NCBI GenBank assembly: GCA_041659765.1 | Contig: JBAZXR010000001.1 | Span: forward strand, 659,338-723,337 | Length of the DNA stretch: 64,000 bases | Origin: Patescibacteria group bacterium | GTDB lineage: Bacteria; Patescibacteriota; Patescibacteriia; UBA9934 | Direction of reading: 5' to 3' | Part shown: positions 48,966-57,357 of the stretch, in pieces | Position numbering within the stretch: position 1 is the first letter of the stretch | Layout of the letters: every line of letters begins with the position of its first letter | Translations under genes and position numbers: made by a program | Notes under the pieces: generated by a model | Seen by the model: the letters and a program-made list of their open reading frames with translations, nothing else | Database searches by the model: none | What the model was told of the DNA's origin: nothing

Positions 48966-49298
48966 TTAGGAAACTTTCTGAAACACCCCCACAATGTGGG
49001 GCTTGCTGAGAGACCAGGGGATCTTTGAAAAGAGTGATGTGTTCGTTGGGTCATCTTTCAAACGGAGGACGACGGGGATGAGGCCGTATTTTTGGGCGAG
49101 CTTGCGAAGGGTTTTGAGGTCATTCGCCTTACACGGCAGAGGTGTTTTATATCGCTGCAAAAAGACTTGAACACTATTTTTATTCAACGTGATAAACGAA
49201 AACTTTCCGCCAGGCGGTAGCTCCCGAGCAATCTCGGCGAACCGCGCGTCGGGGTTCTCAAGGAGTTCAAGCTCCCAAGAAGAGGAAAAGTCATTCAT
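48966..49298 (-). CDS. hypothetical protein (methyltransferase C-terminal-like fragment?)
   Basis: Abuts neighbours; EIARELPPGGKF resembles a SAM-MTase motif. Confidence 0.45.
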   Translation of the reverse strand: MNDFSSSWELELLENPDARFAEIARELPPGGKFSFITLNKNSVQVFLQRYKTPLPCKANDLKTLRKLAQKYGLIPVVLRLKDDPTNTSLFSKIPWSLSKPHIVGVFQKVS

Positions 49299-49300
49299 AG

Positions 49301-49657
49301 CTAGTACACGTTTTCGAGATGGACGATTTCGGGTGGGAACAGGTCTAGTCTGATCGCAATCACGTCAATACGGAACGGGGCGTCAATCATGCCCTTTTCG
49401 CGAATATAGAGCTCAGCCGTGTTGGCAATCTTGCGGAGCTTGCTTGGCGTGACGGATTCCTCCGGGTGACCAAAGTCTAACCCATATCGCGCCTTCACCT
49501 CAACAAAAACGATCTCACCGCCATCACGGGCGACAAGATCGATTTCACCTAACCGAGTTAAGTATTGTCTATCAAGGATTTCAAAACCTTTCTTGGCTAA
49601 ATATTCTGCCGCCAGGACTTCACCGTCGTCCCCCTTCTTACGACGGATATCGGTCAC
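49301..49657 (-). CDS. yraN: YraN family PD-(D/E)xK nuclease-like protein
   Basis: G..GE..A..YL, GEIDLVA, FVEVKAR, RIDV. Confidence 0.92.
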   Translation of the reverse strand: MTDIRRKKGDDGEVLAAEYLAKKGFEILDRQYLTRLGEIDLVARDGGEIVFVEVKARYGLDFGHPEESVTPSKLRKIANTAELYIREKGMIDAPFRIDVIAIRLDLFPPEIVHLENVY

Positions 49658-49658
49658 A

Positions 49659-50063
49659 TTAGCGGGATCGGCGAGGAAGATACTGGTTCACCGACGACTT
49701 TGAGGCATTCTTTATACGAAGTGCGGGCGCTTTACGAACAAAGACGAAGACTCTAACGGCGCAAGCGATGAACAAAAGCGCCCAAAGAAGAAACCAGGCA
49801 CGAACGCCAAACACCTGAATTTCTTCGTAGGAGCAAAAAAGCCAGAGGAAGCCAAAAGCCGTCAACCAAGCAGCCATATTGCCGGCCATACGGAAGGCCT
49901 GTTTGTCATACACATCGCGTATCGTTCGCTTGGAAACTATCCGGAGGACAGCCGCCGTGATAGCGAAGAGCGCAAAGAAGACAAAGAAACCGTAGGAAAA
50001 CGCCGCGCCCATGGCTACTGGAGCCGGATTAAACCAGAAATGCAAGGTCAAAAGTTGGGACAT
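49659..50063 (-). CDS. hypothetical 3-TM membrane protein
   Basis: Three hydrophobic helices, C-terminal YLP. Confidence 0.65.
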   Translation of the reverse strand: MSQLLTLHFWFNPAPVAMGAAFSYGFFVFFALFAITAAVLRIVSKRTIRDVYDKQAFRMAGNMAAWLTAFGFLWLFCSYEEIQVFGVRAWFLLWALLFIACAVRVFVFVRKAPALRIKNASKSSVNQYLPRRSR

Positions 50064-50105
50064 ATTTTCGCCAGATGGTAACTCCGAGACAGGTGGTCGT
50101 CAATC

Positions 50106-50651
50106 CTACAGTCGCTCGTACGCCCGAGCCCAATGATGCGGGGTGATTCGGACCTCATATGCGGGATACCAATCTGCTTCTGCAAAAGACACATCTACGA
50201 GCTCCGGATGCTGTCGATATTCATCGAGCGGAGCCAAGGGGTGCAGCGCATTCTGACGCCAGTCCATCACAAAGATGCGACCGCTATCTTTCATCAGGCG
50301 ACCGAGTTCTTGAGCAACTTCCACCGGCTGTTTCATGGACCAAAGCGCATTCACAAGGAATGCAACGTCGAGTGATTCCTCAGGAATAGCCAGCGATCCC
50401 TGCGCTTCTGCATCACCCCACACCGGATGAATGTTTTGCGTTCCCCGTGTTCGGCGGAGACTTTCCACCATCTGTACACACTCGGGATCAATGTCGACTG
50501 CATAGACCCTGCCCTCTTCACCAACTCGCCCAGCGAGAGGAAAAACGAGGTGGCCAGTGCGCCCGGTACCAATATCCGCCACGTGATGCCCAAAACGAAC
50601 GCCACCTGCGTCCATGAGCTGTTCCGGATTAAGAAAAGCACTTCCCCCCAT
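50106..50651 (-). CDS. class I SAM-dependent methyltransferase
   Basis: VADIGTGRTGH, VYAVDI, DW motif. Confidence 0.85.
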   Translation of the reverse strand: MGGSAFLNPEQLMDAGGVRFGHHVADIGTGRTGHLVFPLAGRVGEEGRVYAVDIDPECVQMVESLRRTRGTQNIHPVWGDAEAQGSLAIPEESLDVAFLVNALWSMKQPVEVAQELGRLMKDSGRIFVMDWRQNALHPLAPLDEYRQHPELVDVSFAEADWYPAYEVRITPHHWARAYERL

Positions 50652-50666
50652 AGAAAGCTGTATCAA

Positions 50667-50909
50667 TTAACCGAACAAAGACTTAATGCCTCCCCCAACA
50701 ATGTCATTAAACAAGTTCGTGATCACCATGAACCCAATAAGAATTATGACAACCCCTAACAGCTTATAAAAAAGTCTAGATCCTCCCCCACCCAGATTCC
50801 TCTCTGCCCATTCAATCGGACCAACGGAGTCCAACATAATCTGGGTCTTCCACACAATCAAGCACCCTGCAAGAGCAACAGCAATTCCAATTAAAATTCG
50901 TGTAATCAT
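50667..50909 (-). CDS. small membrane protein
   Basis: Two TMs, WAE..LG.GGSRLFYKLLG. Confidence 0.65.
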   Translation of the reverse strand: MITRILIGIAVALAGCLIVWKTQIMLDSVGPIEWAERNLGGGGSRLFYKLLGVVIILIGFMVITNLFNDIVGGGIKSLFG

Positions 50910-50979
50910 ACATTTGCAATATTCTTCAAGCATTGTACCCCAAAAACAAAAAGACATCTCACATGGAGACCTCTTCTTG

Positions 50980-51055
50980 TGGTGGACCCTAGCGGGATCG
51001 AACCGCTGACCTTTTCCATGCCATGGAAACGCGCTACCAGCTGCGCTAAGGGCCC
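50980..51055 (-). tRNA. tRNA-Ala(GGC)
   Basis: G3:U70 pair, TTTCC-AT-GGC-AT-GGAAA, CCA. Confidence 0.95.
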
Positions 51056-51056
51056 G

Positions 51057-51133
51057 TGGTGGACGCTGGGGGGCTCGAACCCTCGACCTACTCGGTGTAA
51101 ACGAGTCGCTCTAACCAACTGAGCTAAGCGTCC
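51057..51133 (-). tRNA. tRNA-Val(TAC)
   Basis: ACTCG-TT-TAC-AC-CGAGT, CCA; 1 nt from tRNA-Ala. Confidence 0.95.
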
Positions 51134-51220
51134 GTATTCTAAAACCTGCGTTATCGTACATGAAAGGGCATTGCTTGCCAAGAGGAATCAGCTTCAGTAT
51201 AGTGTTGCGGCAATCGTCAT

Positions 51221-51305
51221 GCGGATGTGGCGGAATTGGTATACGCGCACGTTTGAGGGGCGTGTGCCTTCGGGCTTGAGGGTTCGAGTCCCTCCATCCG
51301 CACCA
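51221..51305 (+). tRNA. tRNA-Leu(GAG)
   Basis: CACGT-TT-GAG-GG-GCGTG, variable arm, CCA. Confidence 0.95.
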
Positions 51306-51368
51306 CAAACCGACTTCCTAACGGAGGTCGTTTTGTTTTTTATGGTGCTGTGCTACCCTTTTCAAACT

Positions 51369-52082
51369 ATGGACAAACAAATTGTGATGAAGAAGGTAGG
51401 GGTAATTGTGGCCTGGGCGGTAGGGATTGTGGCGATGCTTGGCATACTTGTTCTAGTGGCAACGCTCCAGGACAACACAAAAACTGGCGCCCAATTAACA
51501 AGCGAGATCCTCTCCACTGACCATGTGGCGGGCAAGCTGGACTCTAAGGTCACCGTCCTTGAGTATTCAGATTTCCAGTGCCCGGCCTGCGGCCTGTACG
51601 CACCGATCGTTGAAAAGCTCATGGCGGAATATACGGATCAGGTTCGTTTCGTTTATCGCCACTTCCCCATTTACAGCAAGCATCCAAACGCAGAAACAGC
51701 TGCTCGAGCTGCTGAAGCCGCCGGCCAGCAAAACAAGTTCTTTGAATACGCGGAGATCCTGTTCAGCAAACAACAAGAGTGGTCTGACATTCAAGATCCC
51801 CGCAATAAGTTCAAAGAATACGCTTCGTCCCTCGGTCTGAAAGTCGATGAATTTGAGAAGTACATGAACAGCAGCGAGAGCAAGTCGGCCGTGACTAAGG
51901 ATTACCAAGGGGGCCTTAAGGCTGGGATCAACGGCACGCCTACTTTCTTCCTGAATGGCAGTTCAATCGACAGTCCCAACGGTTACGCAGCGTTTAAGAA
52001 GGTGATCGATGACGCGCTCGCGGCAAGTACGGTCGTGGCTAGCCCCGACCCTACTCAAGCCACTGATACTTCTTCACAATAG
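51369..52082 (+). CDS. membrane-anchored DsbA-like thiol-disulfide oxidoreductase
   Basis: TM, EYSDFQCPAC, YRHFP, GINGTPTFF. Confidence 0.92.
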   Translation: MDKQIVMKKVGVIVAWAVGIVAMLGILVLVATLQDNTKTGAQLTSEILSTDHVAGKLDSKVTVLEYSDFQCPACGLYAPIVEKLMAEYTDQVRFVYRHFPIYSKHPNAETAARAAEAAGQQNKFFEYAEILFSKQQEWSDIQDPRNKFKEYASSLGLKVDEFEKYMNSSESKSAVTKDYQGGLKAGINGTPTFFLNGSSIDSPNGYAAFKKVIDDALAASTVVASPDPTQATDTSSQ

Positions 52083-52545
52083 AAACACGAGCCCAAGCCT
52101 GGCCGAGACCAAAAATCCGGCCGGGCTTTATGTTTGTAACCGCCAAGCCAATGAGGACCAGGATATATACTGTGTGGTCGTCAATTACTGGGTTCTGAAC
52201 TGGCGGGAACTTAGCCATCCACATGAGAAACACCATCAAAGCACCACTCCACCCAGCCACTTTCATTCCCACTCCTAGTATAAGCGCGAGCCCAACAAGC
52301 AACAGACCAGCCATAAAGAGAACGTCGACGACTGGAGAACCAGCAAGGCTCTGAAAGAAACTAGCAAACCAACCAGACGAATGACTTAAAAATCCTTTAG
52401 TCGGTGAGACACCGTCAAGCCAGGCCTTGCCTGACGCTGTGGCAAACCCTAAACCGAATAGCTTATCAACGAATGCCCACAAAAACATAAAGCCCATAAC
52501 AAACCGGAGGCCTACCCACACTTGCTGTTCGATTGTATATTTCAT
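52051..52545 (-). CDS. DoxX/DoxD-like membrane protein
   Basis: LRFVMGFMFLWAFVDKLFGLG, SPT.GFL, NPVIDDH. Confidence 0.85.
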   Translation of the reverse strand: MKYTIEQQVWVGLRFVMGFMFLWAFVDKLFGLGFATASGKAWLDGVSPTKGFLSHSSGWFASFFQSLAGSPVVDVLFMAGLLLVGLALILGVGMKVAGWSGALMVFLMWMAKFPPVQNPVIDDHTVYILVLIGLAVTNIKPGRIFGLGQAWARVSIVKKYQWLE

Positions 52546-52547
52546 AT

Positions 52548-53252
52548 TTATGAGCGAATTATAACATTAGGCACAGTGGCTCGAAAGAAATCGGCGATCT
52601 GCATCATCTCCCTGTCAGAAAACGGGTGATAACTCGACGCTTCTGGCTTTAACACAACTCCCGGACGAAACTTCTGTAAATATAGAATCTTCGCCCCAAC
52701 CAAAAGTTTAGCCATGTCATCAAGCACGCTTGGCGGATGGAGCTCCTGAAGAATGGTCGAACGAAATTCGCTCGGTACTGCACTCGCTTTTAATAGTTCA
52801 ATGCTCTCGGCAATCGCCGAGGGATCAGCCAGCGGACCCGCGAGATTTTGGTACTCAGCCAAGCTAGTTTTTACGTCCATCGCCACGTAATCAACGAGTC
52901 CTTCATCGAGCGCCCGTCGAAGAACTGCGGGACGGTTGCCGTTCGTGTCGAGCTTAGTCTTGAAGCCCTTGTCCTTTACTTTGCGCAAGAAGTCTAGGAG
53001 ATCCGGCATGAGAGTTGGCTCGCCCCCGGTTACAACCACACCGTCTAACAGGTCTTGCCGACGATCAAGGAACCGAAAGAATGTTTCTTCCGGAATAAAG
53101 CCCGGTCGAAGTTCCTTGATACGCTCAGGAAGAACAAACTCAGGGTTGTGGCAGTAGGCACACCTAAAATTACACCCAGGTGTGAAGACAATACAGGCGG
53201 TTTTTTCTGGGAAGTCTAAGAAGGTACAGGGCTGAATGCCAGAAATTAGCAT
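52548..53252 (-). CDS. nrdG: anaerobic ribonucleotide reductase activase (radical SAM)
   Basis: GCNFRCAYCHNP, TGGEPT, KLDTNG, AMDVK. Confidence 0.93.
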   Translation of the reverse strand: MLISGIQPCTFLDFPEKTACIVFTPGCNFRCAYCHNPEFVLPERIKELRPGFIPEETFFRFLDRRQDLLDGVVVTGGEPTLMPDLLDFLRKVKDKGFKTKLDTNGNRPAVLRRALDEGLVDYVAMDVKTSLAEYQNLAGPLADPSAIAESIELLKASAVPSEFRSTILQELHPPSVLDDMAKLLVGAKILYLQKFRPGVVLKPEASSYHPFSDREMMQIADFFRATVPNVIIRS

Positions 53253-53437
53253 ACCGCGGCAGCAGCCGGGGAATATTCAGCTACAAAGGCCGCGTTGGCC
53301 GTCAAACATTCCTCATAATGCTTACGGGAGTAATGCTCTGACTTCTTGCCGATGTTGAAATGCGAAACTGGACGGTGGTAGCCCATGACGCGCGTCCAAA
53401 CTTCGCACTTGGTTCTGGCCCGGATGATCTGTTGCAT
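53246..53437 (-). CDS. stand-alone glycyl-radical domain of class III RNR (NrdD C-terminal part)
   Basis: CEVWTRVMGYHRPV..FN.GK..E...R, the NrdD RxxGY loop. Confidence 0.88.
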   Translation of the reverse strand: MQQIIRARTKCEVWTRVMGYHRPVSHFNIGKKSEHYSRKHYEECLTANAAFVAEYSPAAAAVC

Positions 53438-53456
53438 AGAATGATTATTTGTTTAT

Positions 53457-55301
53457 TTATTTTGCAGATGCTGTACTGGCATGTTTGAGGCGAATCACTG
53501 AGTCTAGTCGCGGAGCACTTTCTACCCCATTTTCCAAGTCACACTTTGGGCACCAGTCCCACTCCCCAGTCAGATACCCGTGGTTCGGGCAGATCGAGAA
53601 AGTCGGCGTGATGGTGATATATGGCAGGCGGAACTTCGATAAAATCTTTCTAACCAAATCTCGGCACTGGGCACCGCTCGAGATCTTTTCCGTCATGTAG
53701 GCGTGGAAGACCGTACCGCCAGTGTATTTGGTCTGCAGGTCATCCTGGAGTTCGAGAGCTTGGAATACATCGTCCGTGTAACCAACCGGCAACTGCGAAG
53801 AGTTCGTATAGTAGGGAGCTTCGATGGTGCCTGCCTGGAGAATGTTTTCAAACCGTTTCTGATCCTCTTTGGCGAACCGGTAAGTTGCACCCTCCGCTGG
53901 AGTAGCCTCCAGGTTATAGAAATGTTTGGTTTCCTCTTGATAATTGGCGAGTTCTTGGCGCATGACGTCGAGGATTTCGACAGCGAATTCGTGGCCCCAG
54001 GGAGTGGCAACATTCTCTTTATCATCCGTAAAGTTTCTGATAGCTTCATTGATGCCGTTCACCCCAATAGTCGAGAAATGGTTACGCAAGAAGCCTAGGT
54101 AACGCTTGGTGAACGGGAATAAACCGGCATCAATCCACTCTTGAATGACTCGACGCTTGATTTCGAGCGACTCCTTGCCAAACTGCATCAGCTCTCGCAA
54201 ACGCTTCATGAACGCTTCCTTGTCGCCCTTCGTTTCGTAGCCAATACGAGCGGCATTAATCGTCACGACACCGATCGAACCGGTCATTTCTGCCGAACCG
54301 AATAGCCCTCCCCCGCGTTTTCTAAGTTCGGTCAGATTCAGCTGAAGCCGACAACACATGCTCCGCACATCGCCAGGATTCAGATCCGAGTTTACGAAGT
54401 TTTGAAAGTACGGCGTCCCATACTTAGCGGTCATTTCAAAGAGCGGTAGGTTCTTTGGATCAGTCCAAGCGAAATCTTTGGTAACATTGTAGGTTGGAAT
54501 TGGAAACGTAAACGTCCGCCCTTTTTCGTCGCCCCGCATCATGACCTCAATGAAGGCTTTGTTGATCAGGTCCATCTCATGGCCAAGCTCGCCATAGGTG
54601 TACTCGAACGGCTTACCGCCGAGCAATAATCGTTTCTCTTTTAGGTCATCTGGGCAATCCCAATCAAGAGTAATGTTTGTAAAAGGCGTCTGGGTTCCCC
54701 AACGGGAGGGAATGTTCAGGTTAAAGACGAATGATTGAATCTGTTGGTGAACGTGCTTGTACAGCCGGTCAGCGACGTATTTCTCGCGGGCTTCGTCACT
54801 TGGAAAGGTTGCGCCCGAATCAGCTAATTCTTTGCGTATCTCGAGCTCAAACTTCTTAACGAACGGCGCGAGGTATGTATCAAAACTCGAGAATGCCTGC
54901 GCTCCGGCCCACTCATTCTGGAGCGTGCCTAGGAAATTCACCATTTGGGCCACGGCCGACGATAAATGCTTGGGCGGACCGGATTCAATCTTTTCCGAGA
55001 CGCCATTAAAACCTTCTTCAAGCAAGGCGCGCAGGCTCCAGCCAGCGCAATAACCGGAAAACATGTCTAGATCGTGAATATGAATAGCACCTTCTCGGTG
55101 AGCTTCGCCAACATAACTAGGATAGATGTGCGATAACCAATAGTTAGCCGTGACTTTACCGGCGGTGTTCAAAATCATCCCACCCAGGGAAAAACCTTGG
55201 TTAGAGTTAGCATTAACACGCCAATCCCCCTTAGCGAGATATTCGCCAATGGTTTTCTGCACGTCCACCGTCGCGCCCGTTTTCTTGAGTTCCTCAGTCA
55301 T
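53457..55301 (-). CDS. nrdD: class III ribonucleoside-triphosphate reductase catalytic subunit (no ATP cone, no glycyl loop)
   Basis: HIHDL, YCAGW, AGAQA, FTFPIPTYN, SMCCRL, NLEATPAEG, YTGGTVFH, CPNHG...CPKC. Confidence 0.93.
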   Translation of the reverse strand: MTEELKKTGATVDVQKTIGEYLAKGDWRVNANSNQGFSLGGMILNTAGKVTANYWLSHIYPSYVGEAHREGAIHIHDLDMFSGYCAGWSLRALLEEGFNGVSEKIESGPPKHLSSAVAQMVNFLGTLQNEWAGAQAFSSFDTYLAPFVKKFELEIRKELADSGATFPSDEAREKYVADRLYKHVHQQIQSFVFNLNIPSRWGTQTPFTNITLDWDCPDDLKEKRLLLGGKPFEYTYGELGHEMDLINKAFIEVMMRGDEKGRTFTFPIPTYNVTKDFAWTDPKNLPLFEMTAKYGTPYFQNFVNSDLNPGDVRSMCCRLQLNLTELRKRGGGLFGSAEMTGSIGVVTINAARIGYETKGDKEAFMKRLRELMQFGKESLEIKRRVIQEWIDAGLFPFTKRYLGFLRNHFSTIGVNGINEAIRNFTDDKENVATPWGHEFAVEILDVMRQELANYQEETKHFYNLEATPAEGATYRFAKEDQKRFENILQAGTIEAPYYTNSSQLPVGYTDDVFQALELQDDLQTKYTGGTVFHAYMTEKISSGAQCRDLVRKILSKFRLPYITITPTFSICPNHGYLTGEWDWCPKCDLENGVESAPRLDSVIRLKHASTASAK

Positions 55302-55315
55302 AAATTTTGACGAAC

Positions 55316-55351
55316 AAAAAACTCACATCATGTGAGCTTCTTGAGCTTCTT
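55316..55351 (-). terminator. terminator-like hairpin overlapped by a 9-nt direct repeat
   Basis: AAGAAGCTC-AAGAAGCTC-ACA-TGA-TGTGAG-TTTTTT on the - strand. Confidence 0.7.
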
Positions 55352-55361
55352 ATGGATTTTT

Positions 55362-55556
55362 CTAAATTTTGCCAACCGGCACTCTGTGGGGACATGGCAC
55401 GATGCCGCACAAATACTCGTTCGCACTGTGTTCCTCAATGGTGCTTAGGGCATGGCACGTCTTACACTTTATCTCGATCACACTATCCACGATGACTCCC
55501 TTAAAAAGGAGTTTTTGGCACCCGTGGCAACGGTATTCTTTAAGAACACAGGACAT
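55362..55556 (-). CDS. Mu Com-like zinc-finger protein
   Basis: EYRCHGCQKLLFKG....IEIKCKTCHALS; extra C-x4-C-P-H tail. Confidence 0.8.
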   Translation of the reverse strand: MSCVLKEYRCHGCQKLLFKGVIVDSVIEIKCKTCHALSTIEEHSANEYLCGIVPCPHRVPVGKI

Positions 55557-55564
55557 ACGCTATT

Positions 55565-55611
55565 TCCAGCATATAGTGGTGTGGAACTTTCCTACACACT
55601 ATATGTTGTGT
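55565..55611. promoter_or_regulatory. two tandem NrdR boxes
   Basis: TCCAGCATATAGTGGT (55565-80) and ACACTATATGTTGTGT (55596-611), 31 bp apart, next to extended -10 TG-C-TATACT (55617-25, - strand). Confidence 0.85.
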
Positions 55612-55707
55612 TTATGAGTATAGCACTTTATAAAAAAATAACCTCGCCTTGTGCACAACTCTTGAATGCCTTTTCTTTCATAGAGAAAGCGCGTATTCTG
55701 ACCCTGT

Positions 55708-56193
55708 ATGCCTGAACGCCACCTTCGTCTTCGTCTGGTCTCGATCGCTATCATGGCGCTCTCACTCATCGGATTATTAGACTCTGGCTACCTGACCGCC
55801 CATAAGCTTTTTGGCACACCGCTTAGGTGCGGGGTAGTTGGCGGGTGTGAAATAGTTTCACAAAGCCCTTATTCCATGGTCTTTGGCGTGCCCCTGTCAT
55901 TGATCGGCATGCTCTTTTACCTCACCATGTTTTTCGGCGCCCTAACCTACCGAGAGTTTGGCTTAGAAAAAGTTCTTAAAGCGGTAGCCATCTTAAGCGT
56001 AGTCAGCATTCTGACTTCAGCCTGGCTGGTAGGCGTTCAATTGTTTGTCATTAAGGCGATTTGCATCTATTGCATGATCAGCGCCGGTATCTCATTTGTC
56101 CTAGTAAACCTAGGCGTGCACATTCTACTCACTCTTAAAAAAATTACGCGACAAACTTCCGTTCCTTCCCCGTTACCAGACGCAAGCGATTAG
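55708..56193 (+). CDS. vitamin K epoxide reductase (VKOR) family protein
   Basis: C....GC..V..SPYS.VFGVPLS..G, CIYC. Confidence 0.92.
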   Translation: MPERHLRLRLVSIAIMALSLIGLLDSGYLTAHKLFGTPLRCGVVGGCEIVSQSPYSMVFGVPLSLIGMLFYLTMFFGALTYREFGLEKVLKAVAILSVVSILTSAWLVGVQLFVIKAICIYCMISAGISFVLVNLGVHILLTLKKITRQTSVPSPLPDASD

Positions 56194-56884
56194 GAATCGC
56201 TCTAATATCAAAATGTTCGGCCTCGATCTTCTCGCCGTCAACGGTCATCGTACGAACGTTCGGAAAAGATAGATGAGCGCGCTTCAGATGGAGGACGCCT
56301 ACGTCCTCTTTTCGTTTAAACAGGGAGAGCCGCGGCAGTCTAGTGACCATCGTCATGCTGCCGTCAGTCGGATCTACTGAACCAATGTCATCAGGGTGAT
56401 ATAAATTACGAATTTCGAGCGTGCACTTCCGCAACGGAACCAGTTTGTACTTATCTTCGCATTCCATCACTCCCCCGCTCGCGTCTATAGTGGCGGCATG
56501 CAGGAATCGCCGGCCGTTCACCTCGCCCAGATCCATGTCTGCAACCAGCCGGGCGGAGAGGATGTCGCAAGCTAGAACGCCCGTTGGGATACCCAACAGA
56601 TCGGCCATTGGGGACGTGCCACCAACAGGAATAAATGCAACGACGACACGTGAGTCGCCCACGGCCTCAATAACCCGGTATAACGTATCGTCATTCCCAA
56701 CGGCCACGATTGTCGTTGCCCCTGCTCGCACCTCTTGCCGAACCACTTGTACGGCATCGCGAAACAAGGCAAGGCGGACAATCTTGCCGGTGATTCCAAG
56801 ATCCGTCAGGCGCGTTTCTATGAGAGCTAACTCGCGTTCGTACCTGCGATCTTCAAGAAACTCATCGTAAACGTAGGAATACAC
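56144..56884 (-). CDS. diacylglycerol kinase catalytic-domain-like protein
   Basis: VAVGNDDT, FIPVG, DLGEVNGRRFL, VDGE. Confidence 0.75.
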   Translation of the reverse strand: MYSYVYDEFLEDRRYERELALIETRLTDLGITGKIVRLALFRDAVQVVRQEVRAGATTIVAVGNDDTLYRVIEAVGDSRVVVAFIPVGGTSPMADLLGIPTGVLACDILSARLVADMDLGEVNGRRFLHAATIDASGGVMECEDKYKLVPLRKCTLEIRNLYHPDDIGSVDPTDGSMTMVTRLPRLSLFKRKEDVGVLHLKRAHLSFPNVRTMTVDGEKIEAEHFDIRAIPNRLRLVTGKERKFVA

Positions 56885-56896
56885 AGTTGTGGAGTT

Positions 56897-57262
56897 TTAC
56901 TCCTCAACCTCCTTTTTACCTTTTTTTGCCTCCTCGCCCATATGCACCATACCGTTTATTTCTGAACCTGCTTCAACAGCCAGCACGCGGGCATTAATGT
57001 CTCCTGACACGTGAGAAGAGGCCATCAAATCTAACCGAGCCTCAATCTTAATATTGCCATGCACCCGACCGGAAATGACCGCGTTCTGCGCGTGAACGTC
57101 AGCTTCAATCTGAGCATCTTCCCCAATTTTCAAATCCCCGGCCGTAGAAATAGTTCCGCGTACCTCGCCCTCAATGATGATATCGCCTTCAGCAATAAAC
57201 TCACCCTCAATTCGCACTCCTCGCGCAATGATCGTCTCACCAACCTGGTTATTCTTAGCCAT
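56897..57262 (-). CDS. bactofilin (polymer-forming cytoskeletal protein)
   Basis: TIIARG..IEG, I.G.V.G beta-helix repeats. Confidence 0.9.
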   Translation of the reverse strand: MAKNNQVGETIIARGVRIEGEFIAEGDIIIEGEVRGTISTAGDLKIGEDAQIEADVHAQNAVISGRVHGNIKIEARLDLMASSHVSGDINARVLAVEAGSEINGMVHMGEEAKKGKKEVEE

Positions 57263-57265
57263 ATT

Positions 57266-57356
57266 TTAAGATTAAAGTCTTAAAGATTAAAGCGTAAAGC
57301 CTGACGGAAGTTGCATTGGAAACTTTAATACTTTAATACTTTACTTTTTAATACTT
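57266..57356. repeat. second inverted array of TAAAG/CTTTA units (argS-bactofilin spacer)
   Basis: Shares TTAAAGCGTAAAG and GAAACTTTAATACTTTA with 42209-42276. Confidence 0.75.
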
Positions 57357-57357
57357 C

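Noticed and set aside
51171-51368. N-terminal extension of the DsbA ORF
   Set aside because: Runs through tRNA-Leu; real start is probably 51369
53437-53560. Frameshift or pseudogene explanation for the nrdD split
   Set aside because: NrdD has a 26-aa tail and clean stop; the small ORF has its own ATG, intact motif and coupling to nrdG; read-level check still advisable
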